From Patescibacteria group bacterium (GTDB taxonomy: Bacteria; Patescibacteriota; Patescibacteriia; UBA9934), in assembly GCA_041659765.1 (NCBI GenBank), contig JBAZXR010000001.1, positions 659,338 to 723,337 on the forward strand: a DNA stretch of 64,000 nucleotides. The letters run 5' to 3'. Below are positions 1 to 9,290 of the stretch, piece after piece; positions within the stretch are counted from its first letter, which is position 1; each line of letters opens with the position of its first letter. The position numbers and the translations under genes were made by a program. The notes beneath the pieces were generated by a model, which saw only the letters and a list, made by a program, of their open reading frames with translations, searched no databases and was not told where the DNA came from.

Positions 1-566
1 ACGGCGGACTCTACTTCTTCTGGGTCAATAGCAAAGGATATCGCCTATTTCTAGATACCCATCCCGCTATCCGCGAGCAATTCTCCAGGGCGGATGAACA
101 AATTGGCAATATTCTTTGGGTGTATTTCGACGACAAAGGCGACGCCTATAAAACCCTTGGAGGCGAAGACTTCGGCCCAGATCGCTGGGGATCAGTGATT
201 TACGGAGGCGGAGAACGGTCATATTTCTTTAAGGACAAAACACCAGTCCTCACTCTAAAAACAGACTTCCCCTCGTCAAACTCTTATTCTGAAGCGAACA
301 AGAGTCAGTTCAGTGTGCGTGAACTCTATCTCCTCGATGAAAAATCAGTTGGGTTAGTTATAGAAAATAAACTTATCGTCATCAATCTCGTAGACAAAGA
401 GGCGAGGATTGTAAGGAATCAAAAAGAAATCGAGAGACTGATTTCGGGCGCATCGTTGCTCTCGGTAGATTATGGCAGCTACCTCGGTAATAACTGCGTC
501 TGGAATAAAGATGCCGAGATAGCCGCAGGAAAGGACGGTGCTCGAGATATCTTCTGCCTTCAATAA
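1..566 (+). CDS. hypothetical protein, 5'-truncated by window edge
   Basis: Frame of ORF 120..566 is open back to position 3; no recognisable motif. Confidence 0.6.
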   Translation, partial: GGLYFFWVNSKGYRLFLDTHPAIREQFSRADEQIGNILWVYFDDKGDAYKTLGGEDFGPDRWGSVIYGGGERSYFFKDKTPVLTLKTDFPSSNSYSEANKSQFSVRELYLLDEKSVGLVIENKLIVINLVDKEARIVRNQKEIERLISGASLLSVDYGSYLGNNCVWNKDAEIAAGKDGARDIFCLQ

Positions 567-571
567 TCTCT

Positions 572-1210
572 GTGAAAATCCTTTCTCCCGACAACATCGC
601 TGAAGCCGTCGATCTCCTAAAACAAGGCGGCGTGATTGTGTATCCCACGGAAACTTCTTATGGGATTGGATGCGATGCGACGAATGCGGAAACGGTTGCT
701 CGAGTGTTCGCGATCAAAGGCCGACCAGAAGGCAAAGGCGTTACCCTTCTTTTGCCATCGAGTAATCCGTTCGGTGAAGAACTTGTCGATTGGGATCCGA
801 AGCTTCGGGAAATGGCCGAGAAATACTGGCCAGGGCCGCTAAACATCATCGTCGAGGTTCGCATGGGATCATCGATCGCAACGCAATGTATGACCGGCTC
901 GCCCGTAGGGCGGTCTACGCCCGAGGGTTCGACCATTGCGGTTCGTCGATCGAGTCACCCTATCGCACAGGCGCTCGTCGATGCCCTGGGTGTCCCCCTT
1001 GTATCAACCAGTGCGAATATCTCTGGGGAAAAAGAGCTGTATGACGCAAAAAGTATTGTCGAACTTTTCGGTGCTCGAAACCTACAACCAGATGCGATCA
1101 TCGACGCAGGTTTACTCAAAAAAAATCCCCCGTCGACCATTATCACTTCACAAAACGGCAACGTCGAGGTACTTAGGCAGGGCGCAATTACGCTCGAGCC
1201 TTCCAGGTAA
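572..1210 (+). CDS. tsaC: L-threonylcarbamoyladenylate synthase (YrdC/Sua5 family)
   Basis: Motifs YPTETSYGIG, KGRP, WPGPL, STSANISG, PSTI. Confidence 0.95.
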   Translation: MKILSPDNIAEAVDLLKQGGVIVYPTETSYGIGCDATNAETVARVFAIKGRPEGKGVTLLLPSSNPFGEELVDWDPKLREMAEKYWPGPLNIIVEVRMGSSIATQCMTGSPVGRSTPEGSTIAVRRSSHPIAQALVDALGVPLVSTSANISGEKELYDAKSIVELFGARNLQPDAIIDAGLLKKNPPSTIITSQNGNVEVLRQGAITLEPSR

Positions 1211-1742
1211 GGAGCGGCGGGATATTCATGAGGACCAGGCCGGAATCAATGTGGTGAAATGATTTTTTTAGGAACTTTTTGCCTCGCGGGTTAAACTGAA
1301 ACATGACGAAGACACCTTTTTCTCCCAACAACTTGGCGGACTTAGCAATGAGTGTCGTGGCCTCATGTTTCTTCAGTAAAGTAAACGGGATACTGGACAT
1401 CATGGCGTCCACCTGAGAAATGCCAATAGTCGCCAGGAGTTCGTCGACCTTCTCCGCCGAGGCAGTGAAGACTGTTACGCGAGGATCGGCGAGAATCTTT
1501 CGCAGATGATCAGCCAACACCGGGTTCTGCTCGATCAAAATTAACTTTCCATCTGCCGGCATCCGCTTCAGCATTTCTTTACTGACCACCCCCTCCCCCG
1601 CGCCGTACTCCACAATCACCATGCCTGGTTTAGCAAAATCAATTTTCTCACAGAGTTTTTTCACCGCATGCTTGCTCGTGGGCGTCACCGAGGCGACCGA
1701 GATATCCTTAAGAAAGGTTTTGAAGAATGCGAGCTTATTCAT
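1188..1742 (-). CDS. class I SAM-dependent methyltransferase (PmtA-like phospholipid N-methyltransferase)
   Basis: VASVTPTS N-terminal motif, VEYGAGEG SAM motif, SSIPF, NIPP. Confidence 0.8.
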   Translation of the reverse strand: MNKLAFFKTFLKDISVASVTPTSKHAVKKLCEKIDFAKPGMVIVEYGAGEGVVSKEMLKRMPADGKLILIEQNPVLADHLRKILADPRVTVFTASAEKVDELLATIGISQVDAMMSSIPFTLLKKHEATTLIAKSAKLLGEKGVFVMFQFNPRGKKFLKKSFHHIDSGLVLMNIPPLLTWKARA

Positions 1743-1805
1743 ACGTACAAATTGAGCGAGAGATGCTATTATAGGTCTAGAAGTAACCTTATCTTAGCCT
1801 GTTTT

Positions 1806-2063
1806 ATGAAACATTGGAAATTCCTGGTCCCTGCGGCATTTGCCGTCGTGACCATGGGCGCGGGTTGTTCGAGCACAGGCAAGGTGACGTCAGATACGTC
1901 CGTATCACCTCAGGAACAGGTCGACGCGTCAGTCAACGCACTTGTGAACGTCTCGGCCAGTGAAGACACTACGCTCGCGCCAGAAGACACCAATGCGACG
2001 ACAGCGAACGATACTGAATCACTAAATAACCTCGGCTACGCCTATGACACGAACAACTTCTAA
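1806..2063 (+). CDS. small lipoprotein
   Basis: ATG at 1806, MKHWKFLVPAAFAVVTMGAGC signal with lipobox-like GAGC, Ser/Thr-rich body. Confidence 0.7.
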   Translation: MKHWKFLVPAAFAVVTMGAGCSSTGKVTSDTSVSPQEQVDASVNALVNVSASEDTTLAPEDTNATTANDTESLNNLGYAYDTNNF

Positions 2064-2847
2064 GCGCGTAGCGATGAGTGCCGTCAGCCTAGCTCTCCTG
2101 TTTGGTCAGAGTCTCCCGATCGCTTTCGCCGAAGAAAACCGTGACGGTGAGCGGCCAGACAGCCGGTCAGCGGTTGGCGATAACTTTTGCACCCGCTTCA
2201 CGAATGCCTCCGACAGCGTCACGAAGGAACTCTCAAAACGGGTTGGCGAGCATGAGAAGCGTCTGACAGACAAAGACTCATCCATCATCAAAAAAGAACA
2301 GGAGACGGACACGCATCTCGGCGAGGTTCGTATCAAAGAAGACAAGGCCCGCACCGCGGAATTCGCCAAGATTGACGCGCTCGCTAAAACAGATGCTCAG
2401 AAGGTTGCTGTTACCGCTTTCAAAGTTGCCGTGACTACAGCTATCTCCATCAGACGCACAGCCGTAGACGCTGCGCTCACCACTTTCCGTGCTGGCGTTG
2501 AAAAAACAAAAACTACCCGCCGAACCAGCATGGAAGCGATCGCGAAAACTTTCAAAGCCTCCGTGGAAACGGCTCTCACAAAGGCCAAAACATCCTGCGC
2601 CGCAGGAACAGATCCAAAGACAGTAAAAGCAACGCTAACGAGCGAGCTGAAGACTGCCCAAACCAAACTCCAAGCTGACCGTAAAGCACTTGATGGATCC
2701 GCGGCCATCAAAAACCTAGTCGCCACAAAAAAGAAGGCCATCGAATCTGCCATGAACGTCTTCCATGCCTCCATGGAAACCGCCCGCGGAGCACTCAAAC
2801 TCGCACTCGGCAGTGCCGTGCCAAGAGTTAAAAAAGAAAACGATTAG
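2044..2847 (+). CDS. secreted Ala/Lys-rich helical (coiled-coil) protein
   Basis: Signal peptide ending AFA, long amphipathic helical composition. Confidence 0.7.
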   Translation: MTRTTSKRVAMSAVSLALLFGQSLPIAFAEENRDGERPDSRSAVGDNFCTRFTNASDSVTKELSKRVGEHEKRLTDKDSSIIKKEQETDTHLGEVRIKEDKARTAEFAKIDALAKTDAQKVAVTAFKVAVTTAISIRRTAVDAALTTFRAGVEKTKTTRRTSMEAIAKTFKASVETALTKAKTSCAAGTDPKTVKATLTSELKTAQTKLQADRKALDGSAAIKNLVATKKKAIESAMNVFHASMETARGALKLALGSAVPRVKKEND

Positions 2848-2858
2848 TAAAGACTCGG

Positions 2859-2878
2859 CCCTTCGACAAGCTCAGGGC
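2859..2878 (+). repeat. REP-like short palindromic repeat GCCCTTCGACAAGCTCAGGGC
   Basis: GCCCT...AGGGC inverted ends; resembles a widespread intergenic repeat class. Confidence 0.5.
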
Positions 2879-2879
2879 A

Positions 2880-2910
2880 CAAAAATACGACCAAGAAGGT
2901 CGTATTTTTG
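2880..2910. terminator. bidirectional intrinsic terminator
   Basis: CAAAAATACGACC-AAGAA-GGTCGTATTTTTG perfect inverted repeat between convergent genes. Confidence 0.8.
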
Positions 2911-2998
2911 TGGCGGAGGGAGTGAGATTCGAACTCACGGAGGCTTTCACCTCGACGGTTTTCAAGACCGTTACCATAAACCACTCGGTCATCCCTCC
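2911..2998 (-). tRNA. tRNA-Ser(TGA)
   Basis: Cloverleaf with long variable arm, anticodon loop CT-TGA-AA, GTTCGAATC, encoded CCA. Confidence 0.95.
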
Positions 2999-3018
2999 TA
3001 AAAATTGTAAAAACTCAC

Positions 3019-3108
3019 TGGCGGAGAGGGAGAGATTCGAACTCTCGGTACTCTTTCAAGTACGCAGGATTAGCAATCCTGTGCCTTAAGCCACTCGGCC
3101 ACCTCTCC
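3019..3108 (-). tRNA. tRNA-Ser(GCT)
   Basis: CAGGA-TT-GCT-AA-TCCTG anticodon arm, long variable arm, encoded CCA. Confidence 0.95.
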
Positions 3109-3185
3109 CCGCGATAGAACGGGCGTACACTACCTGAATTGTCACTCTTTTTCAAGCGTGCTCATGTTATACTGTGGGCAAGCAT

Positions 3186-3713
3186 ATGGCAAAGGGGGAA
3201 GGCAAAAAAAAGATTCAGGCTGAAGAACATGAGCATATTGACGTTGGAAACGTCATTTGCACCTGGGAAACTTGGGAATATCCGCCGTCTGATCGTTCAA
3301 CTGGCTGGTACGTGGCGGCTGGCGCTATTGGCTTGGCGATGCTGCTGTTTGCCCTCATGACGGCCAATTTTGTCTTTGCACTTATCCTCCTCATGTTTGC
3401 TGTTATTCTGCTAATGCGTGACCTGAAAAAGCCAGCGCGAGTTAGAGCGTACGTCACTACTTCAGGAGTAGTTCTCGGCGACGAGTTCTACCCGTACGAG
3501 ACGATTAAGGATTTTTCGATCTCCTATTCTCCGCCTGACATTAAGTATCTCTACGTTTCTTTCCAGGGGCGGTTGAAACCGACGTTATCTATTCACCTGG
3601 ACGACAAAAACCCCAACGAAGTCCGTCAAAGCCTTTTGCCCTACGTTTTCGAGAACCTTGACCGCGAAGGCGAAAGTTTGACAGACACCCTCCGTCGCGT
3701 GTATAAATTATAA
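3186..3713 (+). CDS. conserved hypothetical membrane protein (2 TM plus PH-like C-terminal domain)
   Basis: WETWEY...WY motif then two hydrophobic helices; ATG at 3186 follows a TG-TTATACT extended -10. Confidence 0.7.
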   Translation: MAKGEGKKKIQAEEHEHIDVGNVICTWETWEYPPSDRSTGWYVAAGAIGLAMLLFALMTANFVFALILLMFAVILLMRDLKKPARVRAYVTTSGVVLGDEFYPYETIKDFSISYSPPDIKYLYVSFQGRLKPTLSIHLDDKNPNEVRQSLLPYVFENLDREGESLTDTLRRVYKL

Positions 3714-3747
3714 GCTTTTCAGCAGTATTTTAAGAGTTTCTGCGTAT

Positions 3748-3824
3748 GCGCGCGTAGCTCAGCTGGATAGAGCATCAGCTTGCGGAGCTGAGGGTCGTAG
3801 GTTCAAATCCTGCCGCGCGCACCA
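3748..3824 (+). tRNA. tRNA-Arg(GCG)
   Basis: GCGCGCG acceptor, TCAGC-TT-GCG-GA-GCTGA anticodon arm, GTTCAAATC, CCA. Confidence 0.93.
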
Positions 3825-3875
3825 CAAACCGATCCCTTTACGGGGTCGTTTTGTTTAGGCATACTAGCCAATTCT

Positions 3876-5579
3876 ATGATTTCCCTCCTCAAGTCCTATA
3901 AAGCGCTCGTCACCCTGGTGATTGCCCTCGCCTTGGGTCAGCAGATGCTGAACCTCATTGTCCCAAAGATCATCTCCAAGGCGATTAACACCTTTGCGCT
4001 TGGCGTTTTCTCCATGCCAACTATTTTAACGGAGTTTGCGGTGGTAGCTGGCGGCATTTTCATTCTTGGCGCTTTGCTCGCCGTTTTTCAAACGTATGTT
4101 AGCGAGAAAGTCGCGCGCGATCTGCGTAACCAGCTGGCCAGTAAAGTTTCTCGCCAGGATTTTTTATACGTCCAGCGCAAGACCCCTGGCATCCTCCTCA
4201 CGAACTTCTCGTCTGACATTGACGCCGTGAAGCAGTTTGTCTCCCAGGCGGTGCCGACGGTCCTCTCTTCCCTCTTCGTCATTATTGGCGCGGCGTATTT
4301 CCTGTTGAGCATTAACTGGCAGCTCGGCCTCGCGGTTCTTTCGATCGTCCCCTTGATCGGCACTGCGCTCTTTGGGCTCTTTGGCTTTATCCGCCCGCTC
4401 TTCAAAAAAGGCCAGGAAGTCATCGACAAACTAAACTCCGTGATCAACGAAAGCATCCTGGGTGCGGCGATTATTCGCGTACTGAACTCCCAGGTCATCG
4501 AATACAACCGTTTCATCAAAACGAATACGGAAGCCAAAGACGTAGGCATGCAAATTCTCAAAATGTTCGCGGGTTTGATTCCGCTCATTACGCTGATCGC
4601 AAACGGTGCCATGCTCGTCATGGTGCTTTTGGGCGGCCGGTTCATTATCAACGGCACGCTAACCATCGGCGACTTTGCGGCGTTCATGACGTACCTAGGC
4701 ATTCTCATCTTCCCTATCTTCATGCTCGGTTTCATGAGCAATGCCATCTCTCGCGCAGGCGTCTCATATGCACGCATCGAAGAAGTGCTGAAGGCACCAG
4801 AAGAAAAAGAAGGCGGTGATGACGTAGTGAATTTTAAGGGCGAGTTATCAGTGACTGATGTATCGCTCGCGTACGAAACAAAAACTATTCTCAAAAATGC
4901 TACGTTCCATGTTCACCCAAACACCAAAACGGCGATCATCGGCCCAACAGCTGCCGGTAAGACCCAGTTGCTCTATCTGCTTTCTGGCCTCACAAAACCT
5001 GACGCCGGAACCATCGCCTACGACAGCAAACCGATGTTTGATTACGACCAAAAACAGCTCCGCCAACATCTCGGCATTGTTTTTCAGGACAGCGTGCTCT
5101 TTAACCTCACGCTCCGCGAGAACATCGCCTTTGGCCAAAATGTGGGCGAACGCGATTTGCAGTTGGCTATCGAGACCGCCGAGCTTGGTGATTTCGTGAA
5201 CTCGCTCGAACATGGCCTCGACACGCTTGTCTCTGAACGCGGCACGAACCTCTCTGGCGGACAGAAACAGCGCATTATGCTCGCTCGCGCCCTGGCCCAC
5301 GCGCCAAATATCCTGTTCCTCGATGACTTTACCGCGCGCGTCGACGCGAACACTGAACGAAAAGTCCTCGCCAACATTGAAAATAACTACCCGCACCTGA
5401 CGCTCGTGTCGGTTACTCAAAAAGTGACGAACACAGAAGCCTACGACCAAATCATTCTCCTTATGGAGGGCGAAATTTTGGCAGTTGGGACACATACGGA
5501 GCTCATGAAGACCTCGCCGGAGTACGTACAGATTGTTGATTCACAGCGGAGCACCAATGCGTATGAACTACAGTCTTAA
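3876..5579 (+). CDS. ABC exporter, fused TMD-NBD subunit 1 (degenerate site)
   Basis: 6 TM, Walker A GPTAAGKT, LSGGQKQR, Walker B LFLDD (no catalytic E), VTQK in place of His switch. Confidence 0.9.
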   Translation: MISLLKSYKALVTLVIALALGQQMLNLIVPKIISKAINTFALGVFSMPTILTEFAVVAGGIFILGALLAVFQTYVSEKVARDLRNQLASKVSRQDFLYVQRKTPGILLTNFSSDIDAVKQFVSQAVPTVLSSLFVIIGAAYFLLSINWQLGLAVLSIVPLIGTALFGLFGFIRPLFKKGQEVIDKLNSVINESILGAAIIRVLNSQVIEYNRFIKTNTEAKDVGMQILKMFAGLIPLITLIANGAMLVMVLLGGRFIINGTLTIGDFAAFMTYLGILIFPIFMLGFMSNAISRAGVSYARIEEVLKAPEEKEGGDDVVNFKGELSVTDVSLAYETKTILKNATFHVHPNTKTAIIGPTAAGKTQLLYLLSGLTKPDAGTIAYDSKPMFDYDQKQLRQHLGIVFQDSVLFNLTLRENIAFGQNVGERDLQLAIETAELGDFVNSLEHGLDTLVSERGTNLSGGQKQRIMLARALAHAPNILFLDDFTARVDANTERKVLANIENNYPHLTLVSVTQKVTNTEAYDQIILLMEGEILAVGTHTELMKTSPEYVQIVDSQRSTNAYELQS

Positions 5580-7302
5580 TAAAACTACCGGTAAAGCCAA
5601 ACTCAAGTTCTTTTGGCCGTTCTTAAAGGACGAAAAGCTCCCGATGTTTATTGCACTCATCGGCATCCTAGTCAGCTCTGCCTTGAACTTGCTCGCTCCT
5701 GTACTCATCGGCCGAGCGATCGACACGTATATAGCGGCGCGTGACTTGGCCGGGCTCTCTCTAGTAGCGGGACAACTGGCGCTCGTATTCTTCGGCGCCT
5801 TCATTGCTGGTTATGTTCAAACTACTACCATGGGTGGCGTTGGCCAACGCGTACTCTATAAGTTGCGCAATACTATTTTCAGCAAACTCGAATCTTTGCC
5901 TGTCGCGTTCTTTAACCAGAACAAAGCCGGTGATCTTATTTCGCGCATCAACAATGACACGGACAAGCTAAACCAATTCTTTTCCCAAGCCATCATGCAG
6001 TTTGTGGGCAATGGCTTCATGATTATTGGCGCCGGTATCTCGCTCGTATCCATCAACGCGAAGCTCGGTCTAGCCGTGCTTGTTCCGGCGCTGATTCTTC
6101 TTGTCATTACTCGGGTGACCTCGGGCCTCATCAAAAAGAAGAACGCGGAAAGCTTGCAAGCTACAGGTTCTTTCAGCGGAGCCGTACAGGAGAGTCTAGA
6201 AAACTTCAAAGTCGTCGTGGCCTTTAATCGCCAAGACTACTTCCACACCCACTTGGCCGAGTCCAACGAAAAGAACTACGACGCAGCTCTTGGCGCAGGC
6301 GTAGCAAACACGGCCTTCACCCCAATCTACGGCCTCATGGGCAACGCTGCGCAGCTAATTGCTATCACGTACGGTATTACGCTCGTCATGTCTGGCCAGT
6401 TGACCGTAGGACTACTCGTGAGCACGCTGACTTACATCTCCCGCTTCTATGACCCCGTGCGCCAGATTGCCTCTTTCTGGGCGTCTTGGCAGTCTGCACT
6501 AGCCGCAGCTGATCGCATCCATAACATCCTGGAGCTCTCGTCCAACATGGAGACGGTCGAAATCACTGCGCAGGCGTCCGGCGACGCCGTACTCGAGTTC
6601 AAGGGTGTTAACTTCAGCTATCCGGAGGGTAAGTCCGTTCTGCACAACGTGAACCTCGCGTTCAACGCCGGAAAAACCTACGCCCTCGTCGGCCCCACTG
6701 GTGGAGGTAAGACGACAACCGCCTCCCTCGCCGCACGCCTGTACGACCCGACCGCAGGAACTGTCTTCTTGGACGGCCAGGATATTCGCTCATACTCGGC
6801 GGATGAACGAACAAAGCGTATCGGCTTCATTCTCCAGGATCCGTTCCTATTCAAGGGAACTGTGCGGGACAACGTGGTCTACGGCAACGAAAAGTTCGCG
6901 AACATGACCGAGGAGGCTCTCACAAAGCACCTCGAAGAGATCGGCCTTTCTAAATTACTGACACGCTTCGACAAAGGTCTACGGGCTGAAATCGGCAACA
7001 CGGGCGGAACGTTGTCCGCTGGCCAAAAACAAATCCTCGCCTTCATGCGCGCCATTCTCCGCGAACCAAAGCTACTCATTCTCGATGAAGCTACGGCGAA
7101 CATCGACACCATTACGGAGCAACTCTTAGGCGAAGCACTGGATGCGCTCCCCAAATCAACAACCCGCATCATCATTGCCCACCGTCTTAATACGATCGAG
7201 AACGCTGATGAAATCTTCTTCGTCAACAGCGGCGAGATCATCCCCGCCGGTTCGCTCAAGGAAGCGATTGACATGTTGCTTCATAAAGAACGCACGAGCT
7301 AA
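5563..7302 (+). CDS. ABC exporter, fused TMD-NBD subunit 2 (consensus site)
   Basis: GPTGGGKT, LSAGQKQ, LILDEAT, IAHRL; overlaps partner gene as in TM287/288-type heterodimers. Confidence 0.9.
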   Translation: MNYSLNKTTGKAKLKFFWPFLKDEKLPMFIALIGILVSSALNLLAPVLIGRAIDTYIAARDLAGLSLVAGQLALVFFGAFIAGYVQTTTMGGVGQRVLYKLRNTIFSKLESLPVAFFNQNKAGDLISRINNDTDKLNQFFSQAIMQFVGNGFMIIGAGISLVSINAKLGLAVLVPALILLVITRVTSGLIKKKNAESLQATGSFSGAVQESLENFKVVVAFNRQDYFHTHLAESNEKNYDAALGAGVANTAFTPIYGLMGNAAQLIAITYGITLVMSGQLTVGLLVSTLTYISRFYDPVRQIASFWASWQSALAAADRIHNILELSSNMETVEITAQASGDAVLEFKGVNFSYPEGKSVLHNVNLAFNAGKTYALVGPTGGGKTTTASLAARLYDPTAGTVFLDGQDIRSYSADERTKRIGFILQDPFLFKGTVRDNVVYGNEKFANMTEEALTKHLEEIGLSKLLTRFDKGLRAEIGNTGGTLSAGQKQILAFMRAILREPKLLILDEATANIDTITEQLLGEALDALPKSTTRIIIAHRLNTIENADEIFFVNSGEIIPAGSLKEAIDMLLHKERTS

Positions 7303-7304
7303 AC

Positions 7305-7336
7305 CAAAAGCACTCGCCGAAAGGCGGGTGTTTTGG
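7305..7336 (+). terminator. intrinsic terminator
   Basis: CCAAAAGCACTCGCC-GAAA-GGCGGGTGTTTTGG hairpin. Confidence 0.75.
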
Positions 7337-7366
7337 TATGTTGATCCACAAGATAATAACAACTAT

Positions 7367-8143
7367 ATGGTTGCATCTTTAGTCTTTGATGAGAAATATA
7401 AAAAGCTGGTCACAACAACTCGTGAAACCTTCGAACCCTTCTATAAAATCTGCTCTTCTGCACTATTAGAACTGCTAAAAGTTAAAGAAAAGCTCATCGA
7501 AGAGGTCAGGTTGGATCGAGACAAAGAGTTTAATGAAGCAGCACTGCTGCTTATTAGTCGTTCTCTTCAGCACCACGAAAGCATCTTTATACTCATAGAA
7601 CGAGGACTCTACGGTGACGCGTTCAGTATCGCTAGAAACATACTTAGTGATGTTTCCATGTTTTATTACCTTCACCACAATCCAGAACTAATACCGATGT
7701 TCATCAAAGAAAGCGACACGTCGTACCAAGATGACGCAGCCTTTAAAAAAGCCTTCAACGAAGGAACAATTCAAAAAAATCTTAAAGTCAATGGCCACTC
7801 CGCTCCAGTAAAATCCTTTCAGCTGCTGAGTAAAACTGCTCATGCCAGCGCGTGGGGTGCTCAGCTATACGGAACAGGAGACCGAAAAGACCCAAACGTA
7901 TTTATCGCTAAGTTTGAACCGCAGTTCGAGTCAAAGAAAGCGCTAGGTCTCCTAGGTATTATCCTATCGGTCAACTGGGACTACCTAAATATGGTCCTTT
8001 GGCATAGACATCATAATAAGTTGGATGTTAATTCAAAGTTTTGGCTAGGAATTCAAGAAAACGTAAAGAAGTTGCGCCCGCTCATTTTGGGGCTTGGCGA
8101 AAAAAGCGAAGAAATACTAAAGGGGCTTAACGGCAAAGAATAA
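7367..8143 (+). CDS. hypothetical all-alpha protein, DUF5677/HEPN-like
   Basis: ATG 7367; GLYGDAFSIARNIL...YYL and LSKTAH patterns; AT-richer than neighbours. Confidence 0.55.
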   Translation: MVASLVFDEKYKKLVTTTRETFEPFYKICSSALLELLKVKEKLIEEVRLDRDKEFNEAALLLISRSLQHHESIFILIERGLYGDAFSIARNILSDVSMFYYLHHNPELIPMFIKESDTSYQDDAAFKKAFNEGTIQKNLKVNGHSAPVKSFQLLSKTAHASAWGAQLYGTGDRKDPNVFIAKFEPQFESKKALGLLGIILSVNWDYLNMVLWHRHHNKLDVNSKFWLGIQENVKKLRPLILGLGEKSEEILKGLNGKE

Positions 8144-8248
8144 ATTCCGTAGCTCGTCGCCTCGTTAGCAACCCAGCTCCTTCACACTAACGTTGTCGGA
8201 AACTCTTCTATCCCGTGACACCTAGAAACCACTAGCTCCTACCTCACT

Positions 8249-8737
8249 ATGGATAAAGATAATTTCTTCGTTAAAACACAAATTGAATCAAATATAAATG
8301 CGATCGAAAGCCTGGCTAACACCGGCGTATTTAGCGCTCCGGCATTGAGGGTTTTCGCGGAGCCTTCCTTTGTTTCTATAATTCTGAAAATGCACGACCT
8401 CCTACAAAAACTTAATGCTCTCGGGCATAGGGTGGACTTCAAAGATGATGTAGAAAATGGTGATATTACGGATCTAATCAGCAAAGTAAGAAATGCGATT
8501 TGTCATCTTGACTCTCCAGAAAATCTACTCGATAAAGATGCCCAGATTAAATTTGTGTTTTGCATGGCCTACGGTAAGGCGAACCTCGTGCAGATTGGAG
8601 AAAAGTGCGCGCAGTCAGAGTACGAAGATGACATCGCCTTCTTCTACGGTGAACATCGGGTGTACCTCAAAAGGCATATCTTTAAACTGGTTCACGAAAC
8701 AAAGAATGTGTACGAACGTCTTTATCGTTCCCAATAA
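8249..8737 (+). CDS. hypothetical protein with HEPN-type RxxxxH motif
   Basis: KVRNAICH in a helical context. Confidence 0.55.
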   Translation: MDKDNFFVKTQIESNINAIESLANTGVFSAPALRVFAEPSFVSIILKMHDLLQKLNALGHRVDFKDDVENGDITDLISKVRNAICHLDSPENLLDKDAQIKFVFCMAYGKANLVQIGEKCAQSEYEDDIAFFYGEHRVYLKRHIFKLVHETKNVYERLYRSQ

Positions 8738-8780
8738 CAAATCCCCGACGCATGGCATCGGGGTCGACGAACTCACGTGT

Positions 8781-9212
8781 TCAGTTCTTCGGCACGAGGT
8801 CTAGGAGATGGTCGCGGAGTTTTTCGCGCCAGGCTTTGACTTCGCTCTCGAAGCCGAGCTTGATGCCGCCGACGAAACAGCCTTCGCCGAGCAACGCCTC
8901 GAAGTCCACGTACGGGACAACGGGCTCGGAGAATTCGCCGAGGTCTACTGATTCCGTATTCATGCGCCCCGGTGTGTGAGGATCTGGGTCGCCGTCAAGC
9001 GGAGGAGCGAAACTCGGATGCGCGATGACCCGTTTACCGTCGATCTGCATGTGCCAATCTAGATACTCGCCACCACAGCGGTTGTTTTGTGGCAATAGCG
9101 TGGCGCGCTGGAGAACCCTCAGCTCTTCGCGTGCCTTGGGACTGAACCTCCTCCCATCATGCAGCGGGTGCCGTATGGCCTGCAACGATTCGTCTAACAA
9201 TCTCTGATCCAT
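8781..9212 (-). CDS. hypothetical protein
   Basis: ATG at 9212 preceded by GGAGG; followed by a hairpin at about 8742-8765. Confidence 0.6.
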   Translation of the reverse strand: MDQRLLDESLQAIRHPLHDGRRFSPKAREELRVLQRATLLPQNNRCGGEYLDWHMQIDGKRVIAHPSFAPPLDGDPDPHTPGRMNTESVDLGEFSEPVVPYVDFEALLGEGCFVGGIKLGFESEVKAWREKLRDHLLDLVPKN

Positions 9213-9290
9213 GTGACCTCCAATAACGACCCAATTCTTACTCCGAAAAAGAACATTCGTCAAAAAAAAATGGTATTCTAGTCACAAATT

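Noticed and set aside
7142-7366. N-terminal extension of the 333-aa ORF
   Set aside because: Overlaps the ABC gene and crosses a terminator; ATG 7367 is the more plausible start
8160-8200. GTTAGC...CTAAC resembling an integron attC between orphan genes
   Set aside because: Core sites are in the wrong order for attC, it is a single instance, and no integrase is present
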